A stretch of DNA of 64,000 nt. Origin: an uncultured Pseudomonadota bacterium (GTDB taxonomy: Bacteria; Oederibacteriota; Muellerivitia; Muellerivitales; Muellerivitaceae). The translations under genes were made by a program, and so were the position numbers. Shown piece by piece: positions 21,547 through 30,859 of this stretch; the stretch's first letter is position 1; the number at the start of each line of letters is the position of its first letter. The DNA lies in assembly GCA_963843375.1 (NCBI GenBank), contig CAWJKT010000011.1, forward strand, positions 64,001 to 128,000, read 5' to 3'. The notes beneath the pieces were generated by a model. It was not told the origin of the DNA, did not search any database, and saw only the letters and a list, made by a program, of their open reading frames with translations.

Positions 21547-22434
21547 ATGACACATTCCACTTTAAATCACCCAAATCTCCCAACGCCTTCCTTCCTTATC
21601 AACCCACACCCCAAGCATGTATTCCGGGAGGCGATCGCGCGACTTCCCATGAACGGCATACATACCATCTGCGAGGAAGCCAAATGTCCCAACCGGGGAG
21701 AATGCCTGCCATATCACGGGACCATTTCCATTATGGTGATGGGCTCTATTTGCACGCGGGGCTGCCCCTTTTGTGCCGTCACCACGGGTAAGCCCTTACC
21801 ACTCAACCCCGATGAACCCCAAAAGGTGGTGGAGATTGCCCGCGCGCTGAAAGTGCGTTACCTGGTAATGACCTCACCCAATCGGGATGAATTGGAGGAC
21901 GGAGGGGCTGGTCAATTTGTGAAAATCGTCAAGGCTTTACGTGACTTCAACCCGGCCTTGAAAATCGAAATTCTTGTGCCCGATTTTCAAGGCAAGGAAA
22001 AATCCTACGAGGTTCTTCTTCAAAACCCGCCGGACGTCCTCGCCCACGATCTGCAGACTATCCCCCGGCTTTATGGCCCCATCCGGCCTGGGGCTGAATA
22101 TGAAAGATCCCTCGACCTATTCCGGTGGTTCAAGAGCCATACGGATCCTTCCAAGGTGATGTTGAAAGCTGGGCTGATGGTGGGCTTCGGGGAAAAAGAG
22201 TCCGAAGTGAAAGAAGTGCTTTTCGACGCGGCAAAAGCCGGTGTGAAATATTTCACCATCGGCCAATATTTGAAGCCTCCCGGCTCCACGTTGGAAGTAG
22301 GGGAATATGTGCCCTTGGAACGCTACGACCATTGGTCCCAAGAGGGGACCAGGCTGGGTCTTACCGTTCAGGCCTCGCCCCTGACCCGGTCCAGCTATCT
22401 TGCGGACCGGCTGGCGTCCATAAAAAAAAGATGA
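21547..22434 (+). CDS. lipA: lipoyl synthase (radical SAM)
   Basis: CEEAKCPNRGEC (CX4CX5C), CTRGCPFC (CX3CX2C), TIGQYL, C-terminal RSSY. Confidence 0.93.
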   Translation: MTHSTLNHPNLPTPSFLINPHPKHVFREAIARLPMNGIHTICEEAKCPNRGECLPYHGTISIMVMGSICTRGCPFCAVTTGKPLPLNPDEPQKVVEIARALKVRYLVMTSPNRDELEDGGAGQFVKIVKALRDFNPALKIEILVPDFQGKEKSYEVLLQNPPDVLAHDLQTIPRLYGPIRPGAEYERSLDLFRWFKSHTDPSKVMLKAGLMVGFGEKESEVKEVLFDAAKAGVKYFTIGQYLKPPGSTLEVGEYVPLERYDHWSQEGTRLGLTVQASPLTRSSYLADRLASIKKR

Positions 22435-23243
22435 AGCCCTCCGGCATTCAAACTCCAAGGGAAAAAAATTCCACGATTGGTTTTAAACTTTTCCCTTTTA
22501 GCCAATTTTTTATACCTCTCATCGTGCCGGGGCTGGTCCTGATCCTTTGGCAAGTCTTGAGCGATCAGGGAGTTTTCAAGTCCTCTTACCTTCCTTCTCC
22601 CCTGGTCATTGGAAAAACACTCTTGGAGCTGATTATCTCGGGCGAATTATGGGGCAACTTGAAAGTCAGTTTCCTGCGGGTCCTGGAAGGGTTCGCCCTG
22701 GGGGCGGGGCTTGGAATTGTTCTGGGATTGGCGATGGGCCTTTCGTCTCGCATGGAGCGGACGCTTTCTCTTTTGACAGGACTGCTCAGGCCCGTTCCTA
22801 CCATCGCCTGGATTCCCCTGCTCATCCTTTGGCTGGGAATCGGGGAAGGCTCCAAGGTGGTCGTTATTGCAGTGGGAAGCTTTTGGCCGGTGCTCTTGAA
22901 CCTGATCCAGGGCGTGCGCGGTACTGACCCCCGTTACCTGGAAGTGGCCCGGGTGCTGGAAAAGGACCGGTGGACCCTTTTAACCCGGGTGATTCTTCCC
23001 TCGTCATTGCCCTCCCTCTTTACCGGTCTTCGCGTGGGGATGGGGATCGCCTGGGCTTCGGTGGTAGGCGCGGAATTGATCGCGGCCTCTTCCGGTATCG
23101 GCTACATGATCATGTACGCTCGGGAAGTATCCCAACCTGACGTGATGCTGGTGGGGGTGGCAGCCATCGGCTTGACCGGCCTCCTGATTGACTACCTCAT
23201 TCTTTGGGCGGAGCGTCGCCTTTTAAAATGGAACGCAAGGTAA
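22431..23243 (+). CDS. ssuC: SsuC/TauC-type ABC transporter permease
   Basis: LPSP, PVPTIAWIPL, VGAELIAASSGIGY; ATG overlaps the lipA stop (ATGA). Confidence 0.85.
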   Translation: MKPSGIQTPREKNSTIGFKLFPFSQFFIPLIVPGLVLILWQVLSDQGVFKSSYLPSPLVIGKTLLELIISGELWGNLKVSFLRVLEGFALGAGLGIVLGLAMGLSSRMERTLSLLTGLLRPVPTIAWIPLLILWLGIGEGSKVVVIAVGSFWPVLLNLIQGVRGTDPRYLEVARVLEKDRWTLLTRVILPSSLPSLFTGLRVGMGIAWASVVGAELIAASSGIGYMIMYAREVSQPDVMLVGVAAIGLTGLLIDYLILWAERRLLKWNAR

Positions 23244-24031
23244 CCCCCGTGAATCCAGGCGCTTCCCTTACAATCCGTAACATTTATAAAAATTACACCC
23301 TTGCCTCGGGTGAGCTTGCCGTTTTATCGGATATCCAGCTGACAGTGAAGCCGGGGGAATTCGTATCACTAGTGGGAGCCAGCGGCTGCGGAAAATCCAC
23401 CCTGCTTCGGATAATCGGCGGATTGGAAAAGGCCGATGGTGGAGAAATCCTTTTGGATGGAAAACCGGTCGCGAAACCGGGTTTGGACCGGGGAATGGTT
23501 TTCCAAGAATCCCGGCTTTTTCCCTGGATGACGGCGGAAGAAAACGTGGCTTTCGGTTGTCCCCGGAATTTCACCCCCGCCGAAATTCGGGAAAGCGTGG
23601 AAAGCCACTTGCGGTTGGTAGGCTTGTCGGGTTTTGAGGGGGCCTACCCCCGCCAATTATCCGGCGGGATGCAGCAACGGGCGGCCATCGCGAGGGCCCT
23701 AGTAGGGCGACCCCGGGCGCTTCTCTTGGATGAGCCTTTCGGCGCACTGGACGCCCTTACCCGCATTCAAATGCAGGAGGAAATTCTAAGGATTTGGCGG
23801 GTCCAAAAAACCACCGTGGTTCTGGTGACCCATGATATGGAGGAGGCGGTGTACCTGGGGGATCGGGTGGCGGTGATGTCACCCCGGCCCGGCACCATCA
23901 AGAAAATCATTCTTGTACCCTTCGCCCGGCCAAGGGATCGTAGCGGTGTTCCCTTTGTTAAAATCCGCAGAAAAATCTACAATGAATTCTTCCAATCCCC
24001 TGAGAGGGAGTCGAAAAGAAAACCGAAATGA
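23228..24031 (+). CDS. ssuB: SsuB/TauB-type ABC transporter ATPase
   Basis: GASGCGKST, YPRQLSGGMQQR, LLLDEPFGALDALTR. Confidence 0.88.
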   Translation: MERKVTPVNPGASLTIRNIYKNYTLASGELAVLSDIQLTVKPGEFVSLVGASGCGKSTLLRIIGGLEKADGGEILLDGKPVAKPGLDRGMVFQESRLFPWMTAEENVAFGCPRNFTPAEIRESVESHLRLVGLSGFEGAYPRQLSGGMQQRAAIARALVGRPRALLLDEPFGALDALTRIQMQEEILRIWRVQKTTVVLVTHDMEEAVYLGDRVAVMSPRPGTIKKIILVPFARPRDRSGVPFVKIRRKIYNEFFQSPERESKRKPK

Positions 24032-24978
24032 AAAAAATGAGATTGTTCCTCTTTACCCTTCTTTTGGTCTTTTCCCAACTTCAGGCCGAGGAAGAAAAAA
24101 TCGTACGTATCGGTTACCAACCTTCTAGCAGCGTGCTTTTAGTGGGCAAGGCCAAGGGTTTTTACGAGAAGGAATTCCTAAAGGACGGAGTGAAGGTGGA
24201 ATGGCAATCCTTCCTTTCGGGCCCGGTCATGATCGAAGCGGCGGCGGGGGACCGGGTAGATTTATTGGCCTTGGGTAACATGCCGCCCCTGGTGGCGAAA
24301 GCCGGGGGTATCGACTTGAAAGTGATCGCTAAGGCCGCCTTTAACCCAGCAACTAACGCCCTTTTGGTGCGGCCCGATTCGCCCATCCATTCGGTCGCGG
24401 ATCTAAAGGGGAAAAAAGTGGCCGCTCAGATTGGATCGAGCGTGCATTTTTTCCTGGGACAACTATTGGCTCGAGCAGGGCTTTCCCTTAAGGACGTTCA
24501 ACTGGTGAACCTGGCGGGGCCGGACCAGGGGCCGGCGCTGGAAAGCGGGGCAGTGGACGCCATCATCCTTTGGATGCCTTACCGCACTCAATTAGAACAG
24601 GCCGGCAAAGCACGGGTAATCGCCGACTCCTCCCATGTGGCAGGAAGCCTGAGCCTTTACGCGGTGAGAACAGACTTCGCCAAAAAGAATCCCTCAAGTG
24701 TGGAGGATTTTCTGAAGGCTACCCAAAAAACGAATGATTACATGAAACGGCATCCGAAGGAAACCCTGGGGCTTCTTTCCAAGGACAGCCAATTTCCAGC
24801 CGCAGCCCTGGCCGAGAGCTTGAATGGATTTGATTGGTCCTTAAAGCTGACATCAGATGACGAAAAGGCCATGGGCGACATTAAAGACTTTCTGCTGGCC
24901 AACCATGTGATACGAAAGGATTTCGACATCAAGGATTTGTTCGACGAAAGCTACGCGCAAAAAGCCGGAGTCCGTTAA
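24028..24978 (+). CDS. ssuA: SsuA-type (aliphatic sulfonate/NMT1 family) substrate-binding protein
   Basis: Signal peptide; VRIGYQ, VEWxxFxSGP, SPIHSVADLKGKKVA, WMPY. Confidence 0.82.
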   Translation: MKKMRLFLFTLLLVFSQLQAEEEKIVRIGYQPSSSVLLVGKAKGFYEKEFLKDGVKVEWQSFLSGPVMIEAAAGDRVDLLALGNMPPLVAKAGGIDLKVIAKAAFNPATNALLVRPDSPIHSVADLKGKKVAAQIGSSVHFFLGQLLARAGLSLKDVQLVNLAGPDQGPALESGAVDAIILWMPYRTQLEQAGKARVIADSSHVAGSLSLYAVRTDFAKKNPSSVEDFLKATQKTNDYMKRHPKETLGLLSKDSQFPAAALAESLNGFDWSLKLTSDDEKAMGDIKDFLLANHVIRKDFDIKDLFDESYAQKAGVR

Positions 24979-24982
24979 AAGA

Positions 24983-25300
24983 ATGGAAAGATTTCCCGGG
25001 GATCCGGACGCGTCCCATCATGTCGTTCTATACACCGTCCACCGCCAGCCCCTCTTGGAAGGGGAAATCCGAGGTTTCGCGCAAGTGGCCTTAAAAAACC
25101 TTTCCCATCGCTATCCGGGCCTGCGCGTTGTCGAACACGAAATATATCCCGACCGGGTGGAAATGACTCTCGACTTCCAGCACCTAGATGAGGACCTTCT
25201 TCGGGTCGTGCAATCCTTCAAGGCCGAAGTGAGGAATCTCGCCCGCAAAAAGCACCTAAACGCAGAAGATTTTTGGCAATGGACTTACGAGGAGAGGTAA
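24983..25300 (+). CDS. degenerate Y1/HUH transposase-fold (RAYT/IS200 TnpA-like) protein
   Basis: HVVLYTVHRQPLL, IYPDRVEM (in place of MPDHxH), VVQSFKA, FWQWTY; the C-terminal catalytic-Tyr helix is absent. Confidence 0.65.
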   Translation: MERFPGDPDASHHVVLYTVHRQPLLEGEIRGFAQVALKNLSHRYPGLRVVEHEIYPDRVEMTLDFQHLDEDLLRVVQSFKAEVRNLARKKHLNAEDFWQWTYEER

Positions 25301-25381
25301 TCTCAAAGTCCCCCCTTGCTTTTTCTAAGCTCCCCGTCCCAGGTTAACTATTGAGAGCTGACATGGCTTTCGTCATGGACC

Positions 25382-25413
25382 TTGACCTTCTACCTAGGTA
25401 GAGGGTTTAGGTT
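25382..25413 (+). promoter_or_regulatory. MerR-type promoter/operator
   Basis: TTGACC-20 bp-TAGGTT with the dyad ACCTTCTACCTAGGTAGAGGGT across the long spacer. Confidence 0.8.
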
Positions 25414-25435
25414 GGAGCTCTCAAGGAGAGCTTTC

Positions 25436-25855
25436 ATGAACATGACTATCGGTGCTTTGGCGAAGCGGGCTAAAGTTAACTTGCAGACCCTGCGATATTA
25501 CGAGCGCCGCGAACTCTTATCCCCCGCCTCCCGGGACGCCTCGGGATATCGCGTTTACAACGAAGATTCCCTTCGGAACTTAAAATTTATCCAGCACGCC
25601 CAAGCTTTCGGCTTTTCCCTTAAGGAAATCAAACCTCTTTTGGGGCTGAAAGTGAATTCCAGGGGCGGCTGCCGACAAGCTCGGTTGGAAGCCGAAGCCA
25701 AGGTGTTACAAATCGGCCAAAAAATTGAGTCCTTGCAGCGGATCGCCAAGAACCTGGAGCGCTTGGTGATGGAATCCCGCCGCCAGAAGGGAAAGGGCCC
25801 TTGTCCCATTCTGACGCGTTTTTACGGCGGCGGAGGGACACATGAAAAATTTTGA
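25436..25855 (+). CDS. MerR-family heavy-metal-responsive transcriptional regulator
   Basis: AAGGAG RBS; MTIGALAKRAKVNLQTLRYYERRELL, SGYRVY, GFSLKEI, CPIL. Confidence 0.93.
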   Translation: MNMTIGALAKRAKVNLQTLRYYERRELLSPASRDASGYRVYNEDSLRNLKFIQHAQAFGFSLKEIKPLLGLKVNSRGGCRQARLEAEAKVLQIGQKIESLQRIAKNLERLVMESRRQKGKGPCPILTRFYGGGGTHEKF

Positions 25856-25879
25856 AATTTTTTCCAGCGCAAGGCCTCA

Positions 25880-26311
25880 ATGGCCCTGATCCCCACATCC
25901 CCCGACCGGTGCCCCCTTTGTTCCAAGCCGGGTTCTGGAATTTCCCGTCCGATACTGCTCCAGCACTTGGATCCCCTGGTGATGATGGATGTACTTAAAT
26001 GGAAGGAAGCCTCCGTATGCCTGAATTCCTCCTGCCAATGTCTTTACTTTTCCGGTGGTGAATGGCTTTCCCACCTTCAATGCAACAAAAGGGTGGGATT
26101 CAAAAGCGGACATTCTCCTCGGACCCTTTGCTATTGTTTCGGCTATACCGCTGAAGACCTTTTAAAAAAAGGTAAAATAGGCTGGGAAAAGGCCTTGGAA
26201 GAAATTGAAACCTACCTGGGTGAGGGGAGGGGCGCCTGCCAGATTACCAATCCCACCGGTCAATCCTGTCTGGATCCGATCCGAAATTTCATGACCGAAG
26301 AAAAACATTGA
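25880..26311 (+). CDS. CopZ-N-terminal-like Zn/[2Fe-2S]-binding putative metallochaperone
   Basis: CPLC, CLNSSC, LCYCFGYT and CQITNPTGQSC cysteine pattern. Confidence 0.8.
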   Translation: MALIPTSPDRCPLCSKPGSGISRPILLQHLDPLVMMDVLKWKEASVCLNSSCQCLYFSGGEWLSHLQCNKRVGFKSGHSPRTLCYCFGYTAEDLLKKGKIGWEKALEEIETYLGEGRGACQITNPTGQSCLDPIRNFMTEEKH

Positions 26312-26503
26312 GAAGCCCTTCCTTGTAGCTGTCTCTTCCCTTGAATGAAAACTTACTGAGAATTATTCCATTGTAATAAAATATTCCAAAAAGACGGGTT
26401 CCAAGGGGTTGTGATAATAGCGGGCAAAAAAATGAAACCGGAATTGGTAACAGAGACGCAACCAGGATTTAAAAGGTTTGAGATCAAATCCGATATGGCT
26501 TTT

Positions 26504-27052
26504 TTATTGGGGTAGTATTTCCGAAGAATTGATCAGGGTGACGCCCGCATGGGCCATCGCCTTTAGGGCTTTCTCGCCGTCGCCGGGTTTCGCGTTGACG
26601 GCGGCCACGGCGTCCTCCACCACGTAAGTTTCCAAACCGTTCTTATCCGCGTCCAGGGCGGTGGCTTTTACGCAATAGTCGGTGGCTAAGCCAACCACGT
26701 AAAGATCCTCCACTTTTTCTTTTTTCAAGAATTGCCGCAAATTGGCGCTGGTGGACTCGAAGGCTGAGTAACCATCGTCCTTGTTGAGAGTTCCTTTGAG
26801 AAAAACTTTCTTAATTTTGGAGACGTCCAGCTTAGGGTGAAAGTCCGCGCCGGGAGTGTCTTGAATGCAGTGAGGCGGCCATTTTTTGAAATGAACCGAA
26901 TCTTTTGGGTGCCAGTCTTTGGAAGCGATAACCAATGGGAAAACGCTCATCAGGCCGTTGATGACAGGGATGATCTTGTCCCCATCGGGCACGGCCATGG
27001 GTCCGCCAGGACAGAAATCATTTTGAACGTCAACGATGAGTAAAGCCTTCAT
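26504..27052 (-). CDS. pncA: nicotinamidase/pyrazinamidase
   Basis: VDVQNDFCPGG, DWHP, WPPHC, KG...YSAF, GLATDYCV. Confidence 0.95.
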   Translation of the reverse strand: MKALLIVDVQNDFCPGGPMAVPDGDKIIPVINGLMSVFPLVIASKDWHPKDSVHFKKWPPHCIQDTPGADFHPKLDVSKIKKVFLKGTLNKDDGYSAFESTSANLRQFLKKEKVEDLYVVGLATDYCVKATALDADKNGLETYVVEDAVAAVNAKPGDGEKALKAMAHAGVTLINSSEILPQ

Positions 27053-27169
27053 GTGTCACCTCATTTGTCATTATGCCACCAGGACGTTCCAAATACCCTG
27101 CGCTTCAGGCGGTTAAACCGGCGGTTGGCCCAGATTTTCAGCGGGTTCGGTTCCACAATAGATGAATGA

Positions 27170-28582
27170 TCAAGGCTGGTCATGCTGGTGAATCAACTTG
27201 GTGCGCAAATCCATCAACTTTTGGCTGGCGCCCACCTTGTAAGTATGTGGATTTTCAAACCGCTTGCGTTCTGGAGAAAGCTTGGCGAGGCGTTCCTTTG
27301 CGTAGGAAGCCCCTTCCTTGACCGTCTGGTTTATCAACGGTTTGCCCTCTTCCATGACCTTGAAAAGAATCCCTTCAGGAAAACAGTGGGCGACCCGGCT
27401 TTTTTGCTCTGGGAAAAGGGGATGATAGATGAATTCGGCGGATTTTTCCTCCTCCAAAAGGATGCCGTCGGCGTAAAAGAACCCCTCGGGGTCGGTATAA
27501 CGGACTATTTTTTTTATTCCCGGAAGCGAAGTTTTCGCCAGGTTTTCTGAAATCTTGAGGCAGGGTTGCCCGTCAAATGCGGAAAGTTTATAAACCCCGT
27601 CCAGAGCCGGGGTGTCTTGACCGGTTAGAAGACTGGTGCCCACGCCGAAGACATTAATGGGCGCGCCCTGGTCCAGGAGGCTCTTAACGATTTTTTCGTC
27701 CAACTGGTTTGAGGCTACAATTTTCACGTAATGCAGTCCCGCCAAGTCCAGCATTTCTCGGGCCTTCTTGCTCAAGTAAGCCAGGTCGCCCGAATCCAGG
27801 CGGATGCCCCCCAGGCGATGTCCCTTTTCTTCCATTTCTTTGGCCACGATCATGGCGTTGGGAATGCCGCTTTTCAGGGTGTTATAAGTGTCCACCAAAA
27901 GGGTGCTGCGCTCGGGATAAATTTCAACGAATTTCCGGAAAGCCGTAAGCTCATCCGGAAAGCTTTGGATCCAGGAATGGGCTTGGGTCCCCGATGGGGA
28001 AAGGCCATATATGAAAGAAGAATAAACATTGGAGGTGGCATCCGCGCCGCCAATGGCCGCTGCGCGGGAAGCCTGGATTCCCGCCAGGCCCTGGGCGCGT
28101 CGGAGTCCGAAATCCACGATCTTGCGGCCCCGGGCGGCCTGGACCATTCGGGAAGCCTTGGTTGCGATCAGGGATTCGAAGTTAATGAAGTTCAACAACA
28201 GGGTTTCGATGAGTTGAGTTTCCAAGAAGGTGCCTTCCACCCGCATCAACGGCTCCAAGGGGAAGACAACTTCCCCTTCCCTCACCGAGTAAATTTTCCC
28301 CTTAAACCGAAAAGTTTTCAGGTAATCCAGGAAAGGTTTTTGGAATCCCTGTTCTCCCAGGTAATCTAGGTCTTCCTTTCCAAAGGTGAAGTTTTCTAGA
28401 GCATCCAAAAAGCTGTTCAGACCCGCAAAAATCACGTAGCCGCCTTGGAAGGGGCTTTCCCGGAAAAAATAATCGAAGCAAGCGGGAGTTTCGGCCTTGT
28501 CCGAAAGCACGTAGCCTTGGGCCATGGTGAGCTCGTAAAAGTCGGTATAAAGGCCGGTGTGATGGGGGATGAGGGAAGGCAT
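27170..28582 (-). CDS. pncB: nicotinate phosphoribosyltransferase
   Basis: TDFYELTM, DFGLRRAQG, GTQAHS, LVDTY, IRLDSGDL, GVYKL. Confidence 0.96.
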   Translation of the reverse strand: MPSLIPHHTGLYTDFYELTMAQGYVLSDKAETPACFDYFFRESPFQGGYVIFAGLNSFLDALENFTFGKEDLDYLGEQGFQKPFLDYLKTFRFKGKIYSVREGEVVFPLEPLMRVEGTFLETQLIETLLLNFINFESLIATKASRMVQAARGRKIVDFGLRRAQGLAGIQASRAAAIGGADATSNVYSSFIYGLSPSGTQAHSWIQSFPDELTAFRKFVEIYPERSTLLVDTYNTLKSGIPNAMIVAKEMEEKGHRLGGIRLDSGDLAYLSKKAREMLDLAGLHYVKIVASNQLDEKIVKSLLDQGAPINVFGVGTSLLTGQDTPALDGVYKLSAFDGQPCLKISENLAKTSLPGIKKIVRYTDPEGFFYADGILLEEEKSAEFIYHPLFPEQKSRVAHCFPEGILFKVMEEGKPLINQTVKEGASYAKERLAKLSPERKRFENPHTYKVGASQKLMDLRTKLIHQHDQP

Positions 28583-28621
28583 GAAAGGTATTATAAACCA
28601 ATTTTGAATTTTAGAATTTAC

Positions 28622-30859
28622 CTATTGAGAAAAGAGCCGGGGAAGCCAAGTGGTCAGGAAAGGCCAAAAAGTAATTAAGAGAACCATGCCGTGTAGGATG
28701 AGATACATGGGAAGGACAGCCAGGTAGACCTCGGTCATGGGTTTCTTAAAGCGGTAAGAGGATAAAAAGAGGTTAAGACCCAGGGGCGGAGCGATGAATC
28801 CCAATTCCATGTTGGCCAAAAAAATGATTCCCATATGCACTCGATCCACTCCGAAGGCGTCGGACATGGGCATTAAAAGCGGTACGACCACCACGATGGC
28901 CGCGAAAATCTCCAGGAGGCTCCCGACTACGATCAACATGATGTTGACCATAATTAGAAATACCCATTGGGAATGGACCGAGTCGTGGACCCAAGCCGCC
29001 AACCGCGCGGGCACTTCGGCGTCCACCATATCGTTGGTGAAGCCCAGGGAAACTCCCAGGATCAAAAGCACCCCGCCCACCAGGATGCCGCATTCGGTCA
29101 CAACCTTGGGAACATCGCGAAGTTTCATCTGTCCGTAAAAGAAAACCTCCACGAGGAAGGCGTAAAGGGCGGTCAAGGCGGCCGATTCCACCAGGGTCAC
29201 CTTGATGACGAAAAGGAAGAAAAAAACCACTAAGGGAAGCGATAGCTCCCACTTCGCTTCCCAGGCCGAGGTCAAGGCCTCGGCGGTTTCTTCTTGCACT
29301 CCCAGTTTTTTACTCAAGGGCTCTAAAAATGTTTTCTGAACAATGGGAAAAAGAAAGCTCACCAAAACCAGGGTGCTGCCGATCGCGGAAAGATGGACGA
29401 AAGTGATCGGGCCCACGGTCGCGGTTTCGGGTTTGATCCCGCCGATGGCCGCCAAAATCATCCAAGCTAATTGCCAAAAAAGCTTCCAGGCGTAAAAAGC
29501 CACCAATGAAAAGAACAAGACGAGGGAACCGATGCAAAACCACAATTTAAAGGACCGCCAAAGTGAATATTGGGAAAGGTTCTCGTTGGAAGCCTTGAGC
29601 ACCCCCCATAGGGCGGTCAGCAATAAAAGAATCATTCCCGGCATGAAACCGCCCAGGAAAAGATCTTTAATGGAAGTTCCCGAAACCACCCCGTAAAGAA
29701 TGACAGGAAGGCTGGGCGGGAAAAGCATTCCGAGGGAACCGGCAGACGTCAAAAGCCCCAAGGCATCCCGTTCCTTATATTTTTCGGCCAAAAGGATCGG
29801 CATCAAAAGGCCGCCCAAGGCCAGGATTGTCACCCCCGAGCCGCCGGTGAAAGCTGTAAAAAAAGCGCAGACGCAAGCAGTCACGATGGCGGGGCCGCCC
29901 CGAAGTGATCCGAAGAAAGCTTGAAAAACCCGAAGCAGCCTCTGGGAAGCGCCGCCCTCGGCGAGGAAATAGCCGGTCAGGGTGAAAAGGGGAATCGTGG
30001 GGATAGTCGGGGAAACCACCATGCGGTAAGTTTCCGCTGGGATGGAATCAATCGGGGTGTCAGAGTTCCATAAAAAGATGAGGGCCGCGCCCCCCAATAC
30101 TAAGAAGACAGGCATGCCAAAAACCACCGCCACCATCAGCAAACCAAAGCAGACATAAATAAAGGTTTCGGAGGGGTTGTGGATCATGGGGGCCAGGTAG
30201 GCCAACCACCCCGCCACCATAAGGGTCATGAGGCGCTCGTTCCATTTATCGGAGGAACGCCAAATCATCCGGACCAGGATCATGGAAAAACCGATGGGCA
30301 GGAAAAAAAGGACGGTCCATTTGGGAATTCCCAAGGCAATGATGGAATCCACGTCCTTTTCAATCATCGCGAAGGAGAAGCCTGCTTTCACCAGGTAAAG
30401 GGTGATGGCGGCCCCGATACCGGCAGTCAGAATGTGGGCGGCCGCCTTAAAGCGATCGGGAATCATGTTGGCGGTGGTGGCCAGCTGCAGGAGTTTGCCT
30501 TCGCGGGCGGCGATGGCCCCGCCGAACATCATGATGGCCAGGACCGAATGCTGGACCAGGTTAAGCGAACCCGAAACCAGGACAGCGGGGAACCAATCAA
30601 AAAGACCGTGGAGTTTCCGCGCCAGGATATCCAACAAGGGCAGGAACATCATGACGGCAAAAAATAAAGTTAAAAGAAGGTTCTCGGGAACGTGCCAGAA
30701 AGCGGGTTTGGCAGGTGCCAGGCCCGGATGGCCATCTAGGGCCATGGATTGGACCGCGGGAGAAGGATTTTCTTTAGGCGATTGAGATGAGGAAGGGGCA
30801 GAAGCAAGGGGCGGTTCGTTTTTCCCCGGACCCCGCCCACGGTATTTTTTAGGCGTCAT
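28622..30859 (-). CDS. TRAP transporter fused small/large permease (DctQM)
   Basis: N-terminal DctQ-like helices; FTAFTGGSGVTILALGG, GSLGMLFPPS, NMELGFIAPPLGLNLF. Confidence 0.92.
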   Translation of the reverse strand: MTPKKYRGRGPGKNEPPLASAPSSSQSPKENPSPAVQSMALDGHPGLAPAKPAFWHVPENLLLTLFFAVMMFLPLLDILARKLHGLFDWFPAVLVSGSLNLVQHSVLAIMMFGGAIAAREGKLLQLATTANMIPDRFKAAAHILTAGIGAAITLYLVKAGFSFAMIEKDVDSIIALGIPKWTVLFFLPIGFSMILVRMIWRSSDKWNERLMTLMVAGWLAYLAPMIHNPSETFIYVCFGLLMVAVVFGMPVFLVLGGAALIFLWNSDTPIDSIPAETYRMVVSPTIPTIPLFTLTGYFLAEGGASQRLLRVFQAFFGSLRGGPAIVTACVCAFFTAFTGGSGVTILALGGLLMPILLAEKYKERDALGLLTSAGSLGMLFPPSLPVILYGVVSGTSIKDLFLGGFMPGMILLLLTALWGVLKASNENLSQYSLWRSFKLWFCIGSLVLFFSLVAFYAWKLFWQLAWMILAAIGGIKPETATVGPITFVHLSAIGSTLVLVSFLFPIVQKTFLEPLSKKLGVQEETAEALTSAWEAKWELSLPLVVFFFLFVIKVTLVESAALTALYAFLVEVFFYGQMKLRDVPKVVTECGILVGGVLLILGVSLGFTNDMVDAEVPARLAAWVHDSVHSQWVFLIMVNIMLIVVGSLLEIFAAIVVVVPLLMPMSDAFGVDRVHMGIIFLANMELGFIAPPLGLNLFLSSYRFKKPMTEVYLAVLPMYLILHGMVLLITFWPFLTTWLPRLFSQ

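Noticed and set aside
24983..25380. Active IS200/IS605 element
   Set aside because: No HUH motif, catalytic Tyr, tnpB or terminal hairpins; reported instead as a dead-fold protein.
25382..25435. N-terminal extension of MerR from the TTG in the ORF track (similarly 3939, 22125, 33839, 54105 starts)
   Set aside because: These extensions overlap promoters or upstream genes. Downstream starts have an RBS, a coupled overlap or a signal peptide.
27053..27170. NAD riboswitch or NrtR site between pncB and pncA
   Set aside because: No convincing palindrome or conserved structure; only a possible extended -10 is visible.
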